Source: Paraspadella gotoi
Lineage: Eukaryota; Animalia; Chaetognatha
Assembly (NCBI GenBank): GCA_051294375.1
Contig: JBJCIZ010000239.1
Coordinates: 167,625 to 231,624, forward strand
Direction of reading: 5' to 3'
DNA length: 64,000 nucleotides
Part shown: in pieces, positions 22,859-35,497 of the stretch
How positions within the stretch are numbered: position 1 is the stretch's first letter
Layout of the letters: every line of letters begins with the position of its first letter
The notes under the pieces: generated by a model
Seen by the model: only the letters and a program-made list of their open reading frames with translations
Databases searched by the model: none
Told to the model about the DNA's origin: nothing
Made by a program: the position numbers and the translations under genes

Positions 22859-23081
22859 TGTGGCGGTATATTCACACCGCCTCACGTCCATCATCCATTG
22901 GCTCAGAGGGGGAACATACCATCCACAGTCCTAATGACTTCGATCTGCGTTGCCAAAGCGCGACCGTCCTAGAGTAACCGCGCCAGTGACTGGATGCGTC
23001 ACTGAGCGTCGGATGCCCCCAAAGCCAACAGTGAAGTGCCCCATCTCAATGGGCATCACAGGCAACCCGGCTGTTGCCATA
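22859..23081 (+). mobile_element. 223-bp short element (family B/C): TGTGGCGGT...GTTGCCATA ends, 4-bp TSD AGGA
   Basis: AGGA at 22855-22858 and 23082-23085. Shares terminal structure, the CCAGTGAC...GTCACTGAG hairpin and the GGGYATCACAGGC...GTTGYCATA tail with 17420-17676. Confidence 0.75.
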
Positions 23082-23447
23082 AGGATCCAATTTCAAATGA
23101 AGGAAGGAAAGAAGGGAAACGTTCAGTCAGTCAGTCATCGAGGTAGAAATTACGGTAGGAAATGACAAATTACGACAGTAAGAATAAAAAAAAAAGTGGG
23201 GGGTGGAAATAGTTAAAAAGACGAAAGAAAAATTAACTTTTCCAGAACAATTTTCGTTTATACAATGGAAAAAAAAACAAGATCCATTCGCTGTGTTTAA
23301 ATCTTAAATCAGCCCGGTTCTTTGATTATGAATTAGCGGGCGTTTCTATATTTCTTTCTATTGTTCTTCGTCTATCTGTCTATCTATCTCAAATTATCTC
23401 TCTCTCTCTCTCTCTCCCTTTCCTTCTCAAATTTTCTCACATCACAG

Positions 23448-23593
23448 GGATCCCAGTACGGTGCGTTTACCCGTGGGTTTATGGAATTCGCGTTGAACGA
23501 CGCCCGGTCACGCGATTTTCGCTCTTGGCTTCGGGAGACGTTGGTTCCCGACGAAACTTTTTGGTCGACGCTCAATTACGACTCTTGGTTCAA
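23448..23593 (+). CDS. GCNT: GCNT exon 5 (catalytic PDE motif)
   Basis: cacag|GGA TCC CAG TAC...TTC AA|gt encodes GSQYGAFTRGFMEFALNDARSRDFRSWLRETLVPDETFWSTLNYDSWF, matching GT14 GS.Y....R.Y..Y......W..DT..PDE..W.TL. Confidence 0.9.
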
Positions 23594-24249
23594 GTTTAGT
23601 TTTTTTCCTCACTTTTAATTAATTAATTAATTAATTAATTAATAAATTAAATAAATTAATTAAAGAAATTAAGGTAGTATGGCGACGAAAGTCCACCATA
23701 GTAGTCCAATAAATTGGCGTAGAAAATCCTTGGATTCCACTGAGACATTTTCTCCAAAGGTTTTGATCAAAAAATGCCCGGATCTGCGGTAAAGCAGCTA
23801 ATCAGATAGATAAATAATCATTTAATTAATTAATAAATTAAATATATTTATATAAAGAGAAAATATCATAAAAAGTTAGTGACACAAGTTGATTCTTTTT
23901 TTATATTTTAAACTCATTTTCTCGGAAACATTACAACGAAACTTGATTTCCAGCCCAATCACGCAATTCCTTACCTACACACACAATTTCCTGTAAATCG
24001 CCCCATTGATAATAGGCGTTTAAAGCTAAGGGAAGACGGACAAAAAGACGGACGGACGGACAGCGATAATTTTGCACACTTTATCACAAATCGATGTTCT
24101 GACATTATTTAAGTTACTTACCGACAAGATTTTGGGGGTGGGACCGACGGACCGACAAAGTAAGCAGTTCCGGTTGAAAAAAAAAAAAAAAGAATAGACG
24201 TTCCAAAAATGCAAGGCTCCCTCTTTAAAAAAAAAAAATCCTGTCTCAG

Positions 24250-24451
24250 CGCTCCTGGCGGATCGCCACTGGCCCACGCCCTTCACGGAGCAAATTTCTC
24301 CGTCGTTTTACAACACTGGATCGGTAGCGTGGAAGACTTTGCCGGTGCAGTCAAATTTGGCATTAAATGTGCGTCCAACTTTGAACGTCGTGGTCACTGC
24401 ATCTTCGGAGTCGGCGATCTTCCGACGTTGATCAAGATCCCACACATTCAA
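24250..24451 (+). CDS. GCNT: GCNT exon 6
   Basis: tctcag|C GCT CCT GGC...ATT CAA|gt encodes APGGSP...QHWIG...KCASNFERRGHCIFGVGDLPTLIKIPHIQ, containing the C....R..CIFG.GDL signature. Phase 2 in, phase 0 out. Confidence 0.9.
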
Positions 24452-24523
24452 GTCCGTCGATGCGTCCGTGCTTGGTTGCTTGGTTGCTTTGTAGCTTGCT
24501 TTATTTTCTTTCTTTATTTTTTG

Positions 24524-24610
<87 letters not shown>

Positions 24611-24616
24611 TTCTTT

Positions 24617-24652
<36 letters not shown>

Positions 24653-24676
24653 TTTATCTTTTTTTTTTTTTACTCT

Positions 24677-24728
<52 letters not shown>

Positions 24729-24762
24729 GAAATTTAAGTGGTTATGTTTTTCCTCCGATCAG

Positions 24763-24876
24763 ATCAACAAATTGACATGAGTGCAGTAGAACCGGCGGCT
24801 CTTCTTTGCCTCGAGGAATGGCGACGCAATAAAACGGACTTGGCCAAAAGTGGTGGGACTCTAGGTGGGCGAGGCA

Positions 24877-24922
<46 letters not shown>

Positions 24923-24983
24923 GATTTCGTGGGAGTATTATCGGAACGTGAAAAGAATTTTATTTACCCGACGGAAAGAATAA
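24763..24983 (+). CDS. GCNT: GCNT exon 7 (terminal), one-base frameshift as assembled
   Basis: gatcag|ATC AAC AAA TT GAC ATG...; adding one base gives INK(F/I)DMSAVEPAALLCLEEWRRNKT, matching the NKFD...A..CLE motif, then poly-Gly and a stop at 24983. Confidence 0.75.
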
Positions 24984-24990
24984 AGACGAT

Positions 24991-25029
<39 letters not shown>

Positions 25030-25344
25030 CGAAAGAGAGAGAGAGAGAGAAAGAGAGAGAAAGAGAGAAAGAGAGAAAGAGAGAAAGAGAAAGAGAGAGA
25101 AAGAGAGCGAGAGAGAGAAAGAAAGGAGAGAGAGAAAGAGAGAAGAGAAAAAGAAAGAGAAAGAAAGAGATAGAGAAAGAGAAAGAGAGAGAGAAGGGAG
25201 CGAAAGAGAGAGTGAAAGAGAGAGAGAGATGGAGGGAGGGTGTTGGGATAGTAAATCAGCATGAAATATTATTTAGTTACATTTTGTTGAAAAAATGTGC
25301 TTTTGAAAATAATTAAAAAAAATAACTTTTGTTACACTTTCGTC

Positions 25345-25950
25345 TTTTTTTATCAGCAGCAGATCCGTCTGTCTGCCCTCTTCAATCTTGTCGGTCATTT
25401 GCTTAAATAATGTCAGGAACATCGAATTATATAGATTATGCTGCGGCAGTGTGAATATACTGCCACAGGATATACTGCCACAATGCTTTGTTTTATTCAT
25501 GTTAATTTATATTCGATGTTGAAATAAAAATGATAGATTTATACAGAAAAAATGAAGTCCGTCCGTCCGTCTGTCTGTCTTTCTGTCTGTGTGTCGTCTG
25601 TCTGTCTGTCTGTCTGTCCGTCCCCTTAGTAAAAAATCTCCAATTACTCGAGATTGGATGGTTGGATTGAAATAAATTTTTGTGTCGTTAGGAAAGTGTG
25701 TGGTTGAGCTGGATATAAAGTTTCGATGGAATCGTACAAGTGGAAATGAGTTTTAAATGGAAACAAGTTTGAGTAAACAATGTCGGATCTGCCTTCGATA
25801 ATTTAGGCGGTAATAAGCTAATCGATAATAAATCATGGTAATTTTTCTGACTCTCAATTTATGATTATAACAAATAATAACAGATTTCTTAATAAATCTA
25901 TGAAAAAATCTATAAATCAATTGATCTATCAATAATTACCAGTAGCTGTG
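25345..25950 (+). mobile_element. Interspersed repeat with (GTCY)n tract and GCAGATCCG/CGGATCTGC inverted motifs (HINE-like family 2)
   Basis: The core GGAAAGTGTG...TTTCGATGGAATCGT.CAAGTGGAAATGAGTT...ACAATGTCGGATCTGC recurs at 57380-58095, 23770-24180(-), 26280-26375(-), and in the repeatedly read GCNT upstream region (5170-5520, 9520-9830, 11980-12200, 21500-21810). Confidence 0.55.
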
Positions 25951-25974
25951 CCAATACCAACTTGCAATTCGATC

Positions 25975-26136
25975 AACTTCCATAATTTAATCAGCTTGCA
26001 CTATTTAGTCAACTGGCATAATTTGGTCAGCTGACTTAATATGGTCAACATGCATAATCTGGTCAATTGTCGTAATTAGGTCAACTGCAAAATTTGGTCA
26101 ACCGGCATAATTTGGTCAATTGGCATAATTTGATCT

Positions 26137-26168
<32 letters not shown>

Positions 26169-26236
26169 ATCAATCAATGAAACAATCAATCAATCAATGA
26201 ATCAATTAATCAATCAATCAATCAATCAATCAATCT

Positions 26237-26269
<33 letters not shown>

Positions 26270-26270
26270 C
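25975..26270 (+). repeat. 20-bp tandem repeat (CATAATTTGGTCAACTGG-like) followed by (ATCA)n
   Basis: About 8 degenerate units, then a tetranucleotide array. Confidence 0.75.
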
Positions 26271-26559
26271 CTGTTTTAAACTCTTTTCCACTCCTACGAT
26301 TTCATCAAAAACTTATATCCAGCTTAATCACATAGTTTTCTACCCACACACTAAATTTCATTTCAATTTTTCTATCCAATTTTTAATAAATATAATAATT
26401 ATGAGTAAATATCATTTCCACTCACATTCAAATATTTCAAGTAATTGATAATAAATATTAAATTATTGCGTTGAAAAGACAAATTTAATAAAATGTTTTG
26501 ATCGATGAAGCGACTCAAGAAATGATCCGCGCAAATGAAGAGACAGAATCTGTTTTGGA

Positions 26560-26654
<95 letters not shown>

Positions 26655-26823
26655 CCGACGAGTTAATGACGGAAAACGTGGCCTCGGGATTTCAATTTAG
26701 TCCTCACTTCGTTGCCATCACTCAGATGCAAACGCCAATTTTCATACCATCACTCAAGAGGCAACGCTACTTGATTGCCATCCCTCAGATGGAAACGCCA
26801 CTTCTCATACCATCACTCAAGAG

Positions 26824-27326
26824 TAAAGCGTAACAAAAATATTCAAATCAAGTTGAATCAAAATTTAAATAGTAGCTCATGAACAAGTTTGTACCTGTGA
26901 ACATTTTTAAATAAAAATCTTTTTTTTTTTTGCATACACGCATATTTATACATAGTAATCACCATAGAAAATGTTAAAATTTTAACGTGTTTATTTATAT
27001 TTTTGAAAGCAGAGTCGAATTCCTCACGAAAAGTTGATATAAGGAAATATAACTCCTTTTAAAAAAATATTTCATTAAGTGGGTCAAAATCCTAAAAAAA
27101 TGTTATAGTTAACTTATAATTTAATTTTAGTATAAAAATATAGTTTTTTTAATTTTTAGCTAACTTAATGAAAGAATTTTTGATTAAAAATTATATTTTC
27201 TTTTGTCAACTTTTTTGAGGAATCTGCTTTCAAAACTAAAAATAAACTATATTAAGATTTTGACATTTTTTATGGTAAGTAGTAAATAATATGTATAAAT
27301 ATACATAATACTTTCACTATGCCTTA
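26824..27326. mobile_element. hAT-like MITE/foldback element with 8-bp TSD
   Basis: CTCAAGAG at 26816-26823 and 27327-27334; ends TAAAGCG...GCCTTA; long internal imperfect palindrome at 26961-27275. Confidence 0.7.
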
Positions 27327-27631
27327 CTCAAGAGGCAACGCCACTCCATTGCCATCACTCAGATGCAAACGCCACTTCTCATACCATCACTCAAGACAAC
27401 GAGGCAACGGCACATCTTTCGACATATCTCTTCCAATTTCAAGGTTCAATCTCAAGTTATTTTTGATAGAATCAGTACCACCTTATCCTAACTATTCATG
27501 TCTTATATAATCAAAAATACTGATCTTTCTGTATAAACTTTCATTTCTTTGCGTTTGTAATTGGAAGAAAAAATCAAACTTGTTTTCGTTTTCAAACGAC
27601 GGGTTTTAATATTCTCTTCTCACAATCCTAA

Positions 27632-27665
<34 letters not shown>

Positions 27666-27852
27666 CGTCATCAGACATTGTCGAACTAGTTAATGACGAC
27701 TTATCCGTGGCTTGGCAACCGCCGCCGTTCGCTCTCTCTCTCTCTCTCCGCCCACGCGGGTTTGCTGGGTCGGATAGATGTTAGCGAGAGAGGCGTGGCA
27801 TTGAAACGCCAAAGCGGCTCTGATGGCGTCGACACCGCCCACTCAGTTGACT

Positions 27853-27883
<31 letters not shown>

Positions 27884-29608
27884 TATGATCCCGGAAATGG
27901 GGATACGACGGGCGTATAGCGAGCCATTACCCCTAACGCCGATACCGCTGCCGCTTGTACCGCTGCCGCCGCCGCTGTTACTGCAGCGTCCGCCGCTGCG
28001 GTAGCTGTTACCGCATCCGCCGCGGATGTTACCGCAGCCGCCCCGCTTCCATTGCGGGACAAAAACGTAGATCACTTTCCATTTTTCGTCACCGGGGATT
28101 ATTTTTATTATTTTTTTGGCTCTTTTTTCCGAAAGCGCCTCGTTTCTACTTAAATTAGGAATTGAATTTATTTTTAGTTCTGATAATTTAGGTTTTTTAG
28201 GGGAAGGGATAGGGAGTTGGTTAAAGATTTTGTTCGTGATTTTTTCATGAATTAAGGTTTAAGTTGAAAAAATAAAGTTAGGGATTAGTTTGAGGTTAGG
28301 AAAAAAGGGTTAGGGATAAGAGAAAGATAAGAGTTGAATATTTAAACTAGTCACTTAACTTACCTTTCCCCAAATTCTGTGTTGGAAGCTTTAAACTCTC
28401 TCTCTCTCTCTCTCTCTCTCTTACTCAATTTAATTCATAATAACACTTTTATTACTGATGAAGAACAGAAACTTTGAAACAAGTCTGTTTTAAATAAAAT
28501 AAAATTCGTTGTAACAATAATTTTTTTTCTGCTAAGATAACTATCGAAATATTCAAATTGAAATTAAATTTAATGGATTAAGAATCGAAACGTGGCGCGT
28601 TCGGAAAATAGTACCCTTTTTTTTCAGAGAGAAAATCGGAAAAGGGAATTTACGAAGATTGATTCGGGTTAAGTTTCGTTTCGTTTTTCGCAGCTAAAAA
28701 AAACAAAACAAAAAACACAAGAGCATAAAAAAAGGAATAAAAAAACAAAACTAAAAAAAAAAACATAAAAAAAAAACAAACCAAAAAAAGCTTCTGAATT
28801 AGTGGCGCCAACTTTTAAAAGATTCTTTCGGTTCGCGTCAATTAATCAATTTCTTCTTTTATGATTCATGTCTCATTCCTCCCTTTAGTTTACTTTTTCG
28901 GTCGGTAGGTCTGTCTGTCCGTCTGTCTGTCTTATTCTTTCTGCATTAGATTCCCGGTTTATTTTCAATAAGTCCTGTCTGTTTGTCTGTCCGTCTGTCC
29001 GTCTCGGCTCGTCTCGTCCCATTCATTCCTTACCGTTTCTATTCTTTTTTTTTTTTAAGGTCCGTCTGTCTCTCTCTCCGGTTGCTCATCTATCCGTCTG
29101 TCCGACAGCATTCATTCCCCACTGTTATCTCACCTCCTTTCCCGTCCCGTTTCCCCCTAATTTATTCCCCTAAAGGTATCGTTTTTCTGGGACCATTTTT
29201 TCTCTCAGTTCCGTCACTTAATATCGACGGACGACGGACGACGACGACGACGACGACGACGANNNNNNNNNNATAACGACGACGAATCTTCCATTTTCCC
29301 GGGTTTTTTTTATTCCCAAATCGGAGAGAAAAATGTCGACGACGGTGACGACGACAACGACGACGACGACGACGACGGTTCCAACAACGATGCTATTTAG
29401 GATATGATGCAAATGAAGATGGGAGACACACACAAAAAAAAAGACTATGCACTATGCAGTCATTTTAAATGACGATAAGACTTGAAACAGATCGTTTGAG
29501 TTGGACTGAAAAGATTGTGATTATGATGAAGATAATGATGATGATGATCATGATGATGATGATGATGATTGTAAAAACGACGGAAAAGATTGTGATTATG
29601 ATGAATAC

Positions 29609-29662
<54 letters not shown>

Positions 29663-29931
29663 AATGATGATGATGATGATAATGATTACGACGATAACGA
29701 TGCTGACGAAAATAACGCCGATGAAATTCCTAATATAATTTGATCATTTTTTAATGGTAAGATAACACAGTGTACACAAAAAAAAGGGGTAAACGATTTA
29801 AACTCAGCGCAACGTTAACAATTTGATACATAAATTATCTCGAATTTATCGCATCAAATGGAAGAGAAAAAAAAGGAGTTTTGGTTGAGGTTTTTATTGC
29901 CAAAACAAAGGGGGTTTGATTTCATTGCTTG

Positions 29932-30018
<87 letters not shown>

Positions 30019-30539
30019 GTGAATCGGAAGAGAGTGAGAGCGAGAGGCGAATGACCGGAAGTCGTTGCCGAGGGCGTCGGACTCACCGACCGGGGATTCG
30101 CGAGGCCGGAGCTAGCCCTCCGGAGCCGGACGGCTTGGGACGGAGCTCAAGGTTCCGGCAAAAAAAAAAAAGCAAAACTAAAATGACATCATGATGTAGA
30201 GAAGACAATGAAAACGACGATGATTTATTATTGTTGATTATGATAATGATAAGATAATGATACCGATTAGGATACATTCAAAGATTACCTTACGTTTCCG
30301 ATGTTATTAACTCGAAGAAAAAAAAAAAAACTAAAAAAAAAAAAATTATTTATTCAGAATGATAAGATGTAATTCTTTTTCTATTTATATTTTTTCTTAC
30401 TGAGACTGAGAAACCAGAGCACCCTAACGACTACAACGACAACAACAACGACAACCTCGGCCGATCGTTGGCCTCCTCGCGTCGTCGACCCGAACTCAAA
30501 TTATTTCCCATTTTCGCCGTCGGTGGCGTGGAGTGGAAA

Positions 30540-31125
30540 ACAATTTGGTCGTGGGTGTGGGCGATGGAAGGGGTTGTGGTCTAAAAATCGGGTTGTGTGC
30601 GTGGGCGTTGGAGGGTGTTGTGGTATGAAAATGTTTCGCACCCTGTGCTTGCTGCAGAGGCCCGTATGATCAATATTCCTTGTTGAAAATTGGCCGCTGT
30701 ATGCTGCAACGGCGAGCACTCCAATGAAAGGGAGTGTGGTCTAAAAATTGGTTTGTGTGGCAGTGGGCATGTGTTGTGGTCTAAAATTTGGTTGTCTACG
30801 TGGGCGAGGAAGGGTTGTGGTCTAAAAGTGGTTGTGTGTGCGGGTGATGAAAGGAGTTGTGGTCTAAAAATTCGATTGTGGGCGTGGGCCGATGGAAGGG
30901 GTTGTGGTCTTAAAAATTCGGTTGATGAGGCGTGCGAGGGAAGGGTTGTGGTGTATAAATTTGGTTCTGTGCGATGGAAGGGGTTGTGGACTAAAATTCA
31001 GTTGTGCGTAGCGATGAAGGGGTTGTGGTCGGGTTGTGGCGTGGCGATGGAATAGGTTGTGGTTGGTTGTGGGCGTAGGCGATGGAAGGGGTTGTGGTAT
31101 TAAAATTCGGTTGTGGGCGTGGGCG
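30540..31125 (+). repeat. ~40-bp minisatellite (GGAAGGGGTTGTGGTCTAAAAATTCGGTTGTGGGCGT...)
   Basis: More than 10 diverged tandem units. Confidence 0.75.
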
Positions 31126-31853
31126 AATTCTTCCCGCAGTCTCAGCACAGAGGATGGGGCTTAAAACTAAATATAAACCGCAGGGAATATTTTCACCTTC
31201 GTTTCGAAAATATCACTGTTCACAGACAGACGGATTAACATGCGGACAGACTGATGTGCAAACAATGAATATAGATATATAGTTACATATATTTTACATT
31301 AATCAAAAGATTAATTCTTCTGTGGTTTTTTTTTTATTATAGCTAAACAATAATCCTTAACAAATATTCTCTTTTTCCGCATCATTGGTTATATTTTTCT
31401 TAATCTTAAAAGAATAATACTAATAATACTGGATTTCTCCGAATGAAAGATTCTCTTTTACGTATCCAGCGTCTAGCAGACGCCTTTTTCCCGCCTTATT
31501 CCCCTTTTTGTTTACGCCTTCGCTTTTCTCTACTTTAATTCCCTTTTCTTTATTTCTTCCTCTACTATTCTGCATTTTCCGGTTTTTTTTTCTCTCTTTT
31601 TTTTTTACTTATTTTCAGTTGTTCATCCCTTTTCTCACTTTTTGTTCTCTCGTTTCTTAATCCCTTTCCTCTCATTTTTTTCCTCCTTTTTTATCCTTTT
31701 TTTTCTTCTCCAAAAAAGAAAGAGTGACTTTTCTTCGATTTTTTTTTTCGTCTCCAAATCGAAAATTTTGTGACTCGAATTCCGCACGAATTAACATTTT
31801 AAGTCGTTTCGGGTTTTTGTCTTCCCGGCCTGTCTGACTTTTCTTTCTTTCTT

Positions 31854-31973
<120 letters not shown>

Positions 31974-32454
31974 TTTTCCATTGCTTTCTTTCTTAATGGC
32001 TTTTTGACATATCTCTATCTTTTATTCTCCTTTAGCTTTTTTTTTTATGCTTTGGTTGATCCCTATTATTTTGTTTACATTCTTTATCCATCTGATTCAG
32101 TTTAAATTTATTCATTTATATCAATTCTTTCATTCGTTTTGTTTTCTTTGGAAAATCTTTGAAGTTTATAATAAAAAAAATACTTTTTAAAGTTGAAATT
32201 ATTCAAAATGTTCTCAATCCAATTTTTTTTGGTTCCCCAATTGAGTTGTTGAAGGATAGCTCTTATGTAATTATAAAGATTCGTCACGAAAATAATTGTT
32301 AAATATCTAAAGTCATAACTACTTGTCTATCAATAATAACAAAATTATACAGTAGTTATTTCTTTCATCGTCGTCATCGTCGTCATCGTCTTCTTCGTCG
32401 TCGTCGTCCTTGTCGTTGTTGTCATTCGCTCGAGATTTATCGCTGGAGTTCCAT

Positions 32455-32500
<46 letters not shown>

Positions 32501-33539
32501 AGAGAGAGAGAGAGAGAAGAAAGAGAGAGAGAGAGAGACATAAGCCCTCTACGGCCGGTTGACTACAGCGCGAGAGAAAATATTGTAAATAAATATCGTC
32601 TCGCCCTCTGTCTCACAGTTTTATTGCGTGCTTTGAATTTTGCTCACCTCACAATTTTTTTTTTTAAACCAAAAAGAATCGAATTTACTTTTTCTCAACT
32701 CTTTCCTTTTTTGCGACGCATTTACTTTCCTTTAATATGAATTGCAATATTATTAATATTATTATATTAAACTAAATTTAAAGAAAGTTCATAAAGTTAA
32801 ATACATTCTAAATAAATTTTTAAATTCTTTTCACTTAATACTTTTGTATTATGAAAGCGAGATGGATGTAAATAACTTTTTATATGTTCACTTAATTCAA
32901 AGTACGCGTATATCACCTGTCTATCACTTAGCTAAATTTATTCATTATTACCTATATCTACAAAAAAAAGACAGACGTATGAACAGACAAAATAACAGAC
33001 AGACCGACCAAAAAAAAATTGACTCGCTGATATTCCTCCACGATATTTTCGTGCGGGTTAACTCCGCAGTTTAAAAGTGTTTACGGCGAAACTGGCAAAA
33101 ATTTTTTTATGGCAAACAGTCGACGTGGGAATCGCGAGAGGAGAAGAGGCCGGGCGCGGCGTCGTAGGGGCCGGCGGCGGCGCCGGATCGAGGGCGTGGG
33201 CACCGGAGGCGGCGCGGGGCCTCGAATCGGGCCCCACCTATCCCGCAGCACCGAGCGATCATCGACTAGTTGGTCCCTTTAGGAAAGTTTCCCGTGAAAA
33301 TGAAAAAAAAAACCCAACAAATGGGGGAGAAAAAAAAAGTTTGCGGTTTTAAATAATTCAAACGAAGCGTGAATTTGATGTGAGTAAAAGAAGATAAAAA
33401 AACAAAACAAAAAACAAAGGAAACAAAAAAAAAATAAAAAGAAAGAAAGACGGAGAATAATATCTTTATTTTCTCAATAGCAGTTTATATATGTACGGAT
33501 TATCTTTAATTTATTAATTAAGTAATTAATTTAATTAAT

Positions 33540-34347
33540 ATTTTCCTTTTCTCCTTTCCAATCTCTTTCCTCTCCTTCTTTCCCATCCCTTTTCTTTCCA
33601 CATTTTCTATTTTTTTCCTTTCCTCTCTTTTAATTTCTTTTCTTTCCTCCTTTCCAATCTCTTTCCTTTCCTCCTTTTCAAACCCTTTCTTACCTCCTTC
33701 CAAGCTCTTTTCTTTCTTCGCTTTTCAATCTTTTTCCTTTCTTCCCCTTTTCCTATCCCTTTTATTTTCTCCTTTTCAATCCCTTTCCTTTCCTCCTTTC
33801 CAATCTCTTTCCTTCCCTCCTTTTCAATCCCTTTCATTTCCTCCTTTCCAATCCAATTTCTTTTCTCCTTTCCAATCCCTTTCCTTTTCTCCTTTTCAAT
33901 CCCTTTTCTTTTCTCCTTTCCAATCTCTTTCCTTTCCTCCTTTTCAATCCCTTTTCTTTTCAACTTTCCAATCCCTTTCCTTTCCTCTTTTCCAATCCCT
34001 TTCCTTTCCTCCTTTCCAATCCCTTTTCTTTTCTTCTTTTCAATCCCTTTTCTTTTCTCCTTTTCAATCTCTTTCCTTTCTTCCTTTCCAATCTCTTTCC
34101 TTTCCTCCTTTCCAATCCCTTTTCTTTTCTCCTTTCCAATCCCTTTTCTTTCCTCCTTTCCAATCTCTTTCCTTTCCTCCTTTCCAATCTTTTTCCTTTC
34201 CTCCTTTTCAATCCCTTTTCTTTTCTCATTTTCAATCTTTATTCTTTCCTCCTTTCCAATCCCTTTTTTTTCTCCTTTTCAATCCCTTTTCTTTTCTCCT
34301 TTTCAATCCCTTTCCTTTCCTCCTTTTCAATCCCTTTCCTTTCCTCC
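33540..34347 (+). repeat. 24-bp pyrimidine minisatellite (TTTCCAATCCCTTTTCTTTTCTCC)
   Basis: About 30 tandem units; source of the repetitive ORFs at 33518-34235. Confidence 0.85.
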
Positions 34348-34776
34348 ATTTATCCGCCTCCTCATTTGGCCCGTCTCCGCGCTGTCCTCGCCTCCAAAAC
34401 GGGATGACTTCCGGTTTTAAGAATCACGTACCATGACGTCGAAGGTCACTGAAAAAAGAGAGAGAGAAAAAAAAGAAAAAAAAACCAAAATAAAGCAAAT
34501 GAAAACGTAAATTGTCGTACGTATAATAATGTAAATATATAATTGCAAAAAAATATAAGGATCAAAACAATTCAAATTCGTATGAAAGTAATTGACTTTC
34601 GCGAGGTAAATGGCGCGACTCTCAAAGCGAGTTTAGCGACGTCAGTGCATTCGATTCTCAAACGCCATCTCGTTAACTGGGCCACCGCGTTAGCGAACGT
34701 GTAAAGAATTATCTCCGGGATATATCAGCAATAATAGTCTCAGCTATCTCTTCCTCTCCGTGTCTCCTGCTTTATA

Positions 34777-34814
<38 letters not shown>

Positions 34815-34866
34815 CTGCCCGCCCCGGTCCGCGGCGATAATATCTATCTCACGTCCCATCCTCAAA

Positions 34867-34925
34867 ATGCGTTTCTCTTTTTGGTACATGATTATTCTGA
34901 CATTTATTACTTCCCTCCCCTCCGG
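34867..34925 (+). CDS. Candidate signal-peptide exon of the Turtle-like gene
   Basis: caaaATG CGT TTC... gives MRFSFWYMIILTFITSLPSG, 2.6 kb upstream of the Ig1 exon. The nearest GT donor is phase 2, while the Ig1 exon needs phase 1. Confidence 0.3.
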
Positions 34926-35114
34926 GTTCTCCTCCTCCTCCTCCTCCTCCACCTCCTCCTTTTCTTTCTTCACAATTCTCCGAATTTTTTATTTCTTTTT
35001 TTTTTTAATATATTTAAAATATTTTTCTTTTTTATTTCGTTTTTATTTATTTTTTTTCATATTTCCGGGTGCAAAATTTGACAAACTTGCCCTTTGTTAG
35101 CAAGTTTTTGACGC

Positions 35115-35497
35115 TTTTAGTTGCGCCGCGAGTACTCGAGGTACAATTCGGGGTCGGTCTGTCGGTCGGGTCCGTATGTCTGTCCGGTCGATCTGTCCTA
35201 CTGTCAGTAGTACTGACGTTAAAAATGCTCAAGCTCGCATTTAGTTGGTTGCTCATTTGTTAAGACAGAAAAAATATCAAATCTAACGGATGCTAGCGCT
35301 GTTTACAGGAAATCCTAAAACTATAAAGAAATAAAAGACAAAATTTCAATGCAGTGCGTGTCATAAAAAAGTTATTGTAGTCATGTAGTCATGTCAATCA
35401 CTTCATGTAAGGTTACGTCATGTCATGTCATGTCAGCGAGAAATATACGAGATAAGGCAGTCACTGGCGCAACACATTTGAATTACCGTTCTTGTTT
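35115..35497 (+). mobile_element. DINE-1/HINE-like (Helentron-associated) non-autonomous element
   Basis: Starts TTTTAGTTGCGCC, has a (GTCY)-type microsatellite, a subterminal inverted GGCGCAAC, and ends CCGTTCTTGTTT. Second copy at 55197-55494; end fragments at 41777-41805(-) and 42596-42615. Confidence 0.6.

Noticed and set aside
33518-34235. Repetitive charged protein (KGIEKEER)n
   Set aside because: It is the translation of a 24-bp minisatellite, with frameshifts and no splice or start context.
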